The position numbers and the translations under genes were made by a program. Positions 7,201-8,302 of a stretch of 8,302 bases of DNA are shown piece after piece; the stretch's first letter is position 1; each line of letters begins with the position of its first letter. The notes beneath the pieces were generated by a model that saw nothing but the letters and a program-made list of their open reading frames with translations, was not told where the DNA came from and did no database searches. The stretch spans positions 1 through 8,302 of the forward strand of contig BAAFSQ010000382.1 in assembly GCA_054661495.1 (NCBI GenBank), read 5' to 3'. The DNA comes from Zygophlyctis sp. KS116. Taxonomy: Eukaryota > Fungi > Chytridiomycota.

Positions 7201-7977
7201 CAGATATGACCCATCTCATCATCGATAACTGGCTTCATTTGCATATTTTCGATTCATTAGATGCGCAGAAGGTACTGATACTTTCATCATGGCTCCGAAA
7301 TAAATGGACGGTGGCAATCGATTATCATCTCAAGGTATTTTTTATCAAAATTGATTACGAGAAAGCAAGAGAATTACAAAAAAGTGATTTTGTTACCAAT
7401 GCGAAATACGAGTTTCCTAGTTTCACCGGATTAGGATTATTGCCGTCCACGTTGCAGAGAATATATCGAGATTATGTCTATATCTTAAAAAACGAAATGG
7501 AAGACTTGGAAAATCTTGACATATCAGGTACTTGAAATTTAAGCTGATTTCTAGCTCGGCTGAGTGATTTCTTAGATATAACCGTTGAATGCAATCTTGA
7601 AAAATTAAAAATGTCTGAAATTGAGAATTGGGTATGTATCTACACAAGTTTATCTGTAGTTTGGTTATGATCCGTATCAAAATACCACCCGCTCATTTCA
7701 CGTTAATTCTTCGTTTCGATATTTCCCGGAGAAAAAGCTGGCAGTCATGTCTGATCTTGAATTTGAAAAAATGGCCCTGCTCTGTGATGATTCTGCAGAA
7801 ATTATATTAGATAGTTTTCCGACTAATTTTCCCAGACCTTTTGATGGACACAAAAAACAAATTAAGACTAATTATGGCGAGAATTCTAAATTATTTTCTT
7901 GTAAAGTATGTCTGCAAATATTTGACTTTACATCAATCGAGGCTTTGAAGCATAAAAAGAACTGTAAGCTGCAGTGA
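4229..7977 (+). CDS. DHX34: DEAH/RHA-family RNA helicase DHX34 (SMGL-2, NMD factor); join(4229..4961,4992..5097,5123..5573,5599..6216,6247..6333,6366..6672,6703..6919,6953..7334,7362..7527,7555..7631,7660..7977), about 1153 aa (1172 aa if the two cryptic introns are coding)
   Basis: [86 protein letters not shown]...[52 protein letters not shown] and a terminal [24 protein letters not shown] finger. These match my recollection of DHX34 specifically rather than Prp43/Prp22. Confidence 0.92.
4962..4991 (+). other. Micro-intron, 30 nt (DHX34 intron 1, phase 1)
   Basis: GTATAC...TTAAT...TATAG; restores FLTE(G)VLLRE...DEVH. Confidence 0.93.
5098..5122 (+). other. Micro-intron, 25 nt (DHX34 intron 2, phase 2)
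   Basis: GTAGTT...TATAG; restores DFLL(G)VLKRI...LMSAT. Confidence 0.92.
5574..5598 (+). other. Micro-intron, 25 nt (DHX34 intron 3, phase 0)
   Basis: GTATTC...CATAG; restores EQEK|[11 protein letters not shown]. Confidence 0.93.
6217..6246 (+). other. Micro-intron, 30 nt (DHX34 intron 4, phase 0)
   Basis: GTAAGT...TTGAC...TTTAG; restores EILN|[14 protein letters not shown]. Confidence 0.9.
6334..6365 (+). other. Micro-intron, 32 nt (DHX34 intron 5, phase 0)
   Basis: AAG|GTTAGT...TTGAT...TTTAG; restores KVEK|[14 protein letters not shown]. Confidence 0.9.
6673..6702 (+). other. Cryptic in-frame, stop-free micro-intron, 30 nt (DHX34, phase 1)
   Basis: GTGATA...GCTAAC TTTTTAG, with a textbook branch point 8 nt from the 3' end. 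Removal turns [17 protein letters not shown] into the clean acidic run NDDEDDE. Confidence 0.75.
6920..6952 (+). other. Micro-intron, 33 nt (DHX34, phase 2)
   Basis: GTAAGA...TTAAT...TTTAG; restores FHTCSK(R)[10 protein letters not shown]. Confidence 0.9.
7335..7361 (+). other. Possible cryptic in-frame micro-intron, 27 nt, with a GAG acceptor (DHX34, phase 0)
   Basis: AAG|GTATTT donor, T-rich body, TTGAT branch motif 7 nt from the end. The only frame-preserving AG in the size range is GAG at 7359-7361. Confidence 0.5.
7528..7554 (+). other. Micro-intron, 27 nt (DHX34, phase 1)
   Basis: CAG|GTACTT...GCTGAT TTCTAG; continues DIS(A)[17 protein letters not shown]. Confidence 0.85.
7632..7659 (+). 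other. Micro-intron, 28 nt (DHX34 last intron, phase 0)
   Basis: GTATGT...TGTAG; joins EIENW|FGYDPY into the frame of ORF 7747..7977 carrying the terminal zinc finger. Confidence 0.85.
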
Positions 7978-8026
7978 TCTCGTCACCCATACACGCTTTG
8001 TGACATCATCTATACTGGTGATTAAA

Positions 8027-8302
8027 ATGAAGGATACTCATGATGTTGGCCCTTCAGCTCTAATCAGATCCTCTGGAGGCCCAGAAAACAACATTCAAAA
8101 GTTCTATAGTACCACTTATTCTCTGACCCATAAATTAACCAGCCCATGCAGGCAAACAAAAATTCAAAATGTTCCTTTAGAAACCTCTAAAGCAAAGCTG
8201 CCCGCTACATTTGTGAAGAGAAAGACTGGATATATATCAAATCTTAATAGCTATGTTGCTTATGATCGATTGGTAGATGAAAAAGATTTCAAGTATTTCA
8301 TA
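8027..8302 (+). CDS. 5' part of a probable PPP1R32/SAXO4-like axonemal microtubule inner protein (runs off the window; possible intron donor GTATTT at 8293)
   Basis: AAA-ATG at 8027, open to the window end: MKDTHDVGPSALIRSSGGPENNIQKFYSTTYSLTH...KRKTGYISNLNSYVAYDRLVDEKDF. The blocks SSGG...KFYxTxY and TGYxSN occur in the same order as in my recollection of the animal PPP1R32 N-terminus. Confidence 0.65.
   Translation, partial: MKDTHDVGPSALIRSSGGPENNIQKFYSTTYSLTHKLTSPCRQTKIQNVPLETSKAKLPATFVKRKTGYISNLNSYVAYDRLVDEKDFKYFI

Noticed and set aside
1397-7659. Pseudogenes, programmed frameshifts or assembly errors
   Set aside because: Each break is a 25-48 nt AT-rich GT...AG insert whose removal restores conserved motifs precisely; catalytic residues are intact.
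4213-7680. Minus-strand ORFs 4213..4407, 4889..5074, 5117..5374, 5886..6131 and 7423..7680
   Set aside because: Short antisense shadows of DHX34 with no recognisable motifs.
2834-7810. Alternative-frame + strand ORFs 2834..3058, 5672..5911, 6120..6338 and 7628..7810
   Set aside because: They overlap well-supported exons in another frame and show no protein-family features.
139-7977. Prokaryotic operon or defence system (ThiF/E1 enzyme plus helicase plus zinc finger)
   Set aside because: The proteins carry eukaryote-specific ATG7, MYND and DHX34 signatures, and every ORF break is resolved by a GT-AG intron.
1-8302. RNA genes, CRISPR arrays, transposons or Introner-like repeated introns
   Set aside because: The intergenic gaps are too short and show no such structures; the 16 introns share no sequence similarity or terminal repeats beyond splice signals.

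Overview
This is AT-rich eukaryotic genomic DNA, not prokaryotic. Four genes lie head-to-tail on the + strand, separated by only 113, 69 and 49 bp: (1) the autophagy E1-like enzyme ATG7 (142..2182); (2) a ZMYND15/MSS51-like MYND zinc-finger protein with a predicted N-terminal membrane anchor (2296..4159); (3) the DEAH/RHA RNA helicase DHX34, an NMD factor (4229..7977); (4) the 5' end of a probable PPP1R32/SAXO4-like axonemal microtubule protein that the ORF track misses (8027..>8302). The ORF track is fragmented because of GT-AG spliceosomal micro-introns. I map 16, and 15 of them are 25-33 nt. Thirteen are required to restore reading frames; three more are inferred stop-free, in-frame introns hidden inside ORFs. 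The gene content suggests a flagellated organism with a very compact genome, probably a zoosporic fungus or other early-branching opisthokont (inference). All protein identifications rest on remembered motifs, not database searches.
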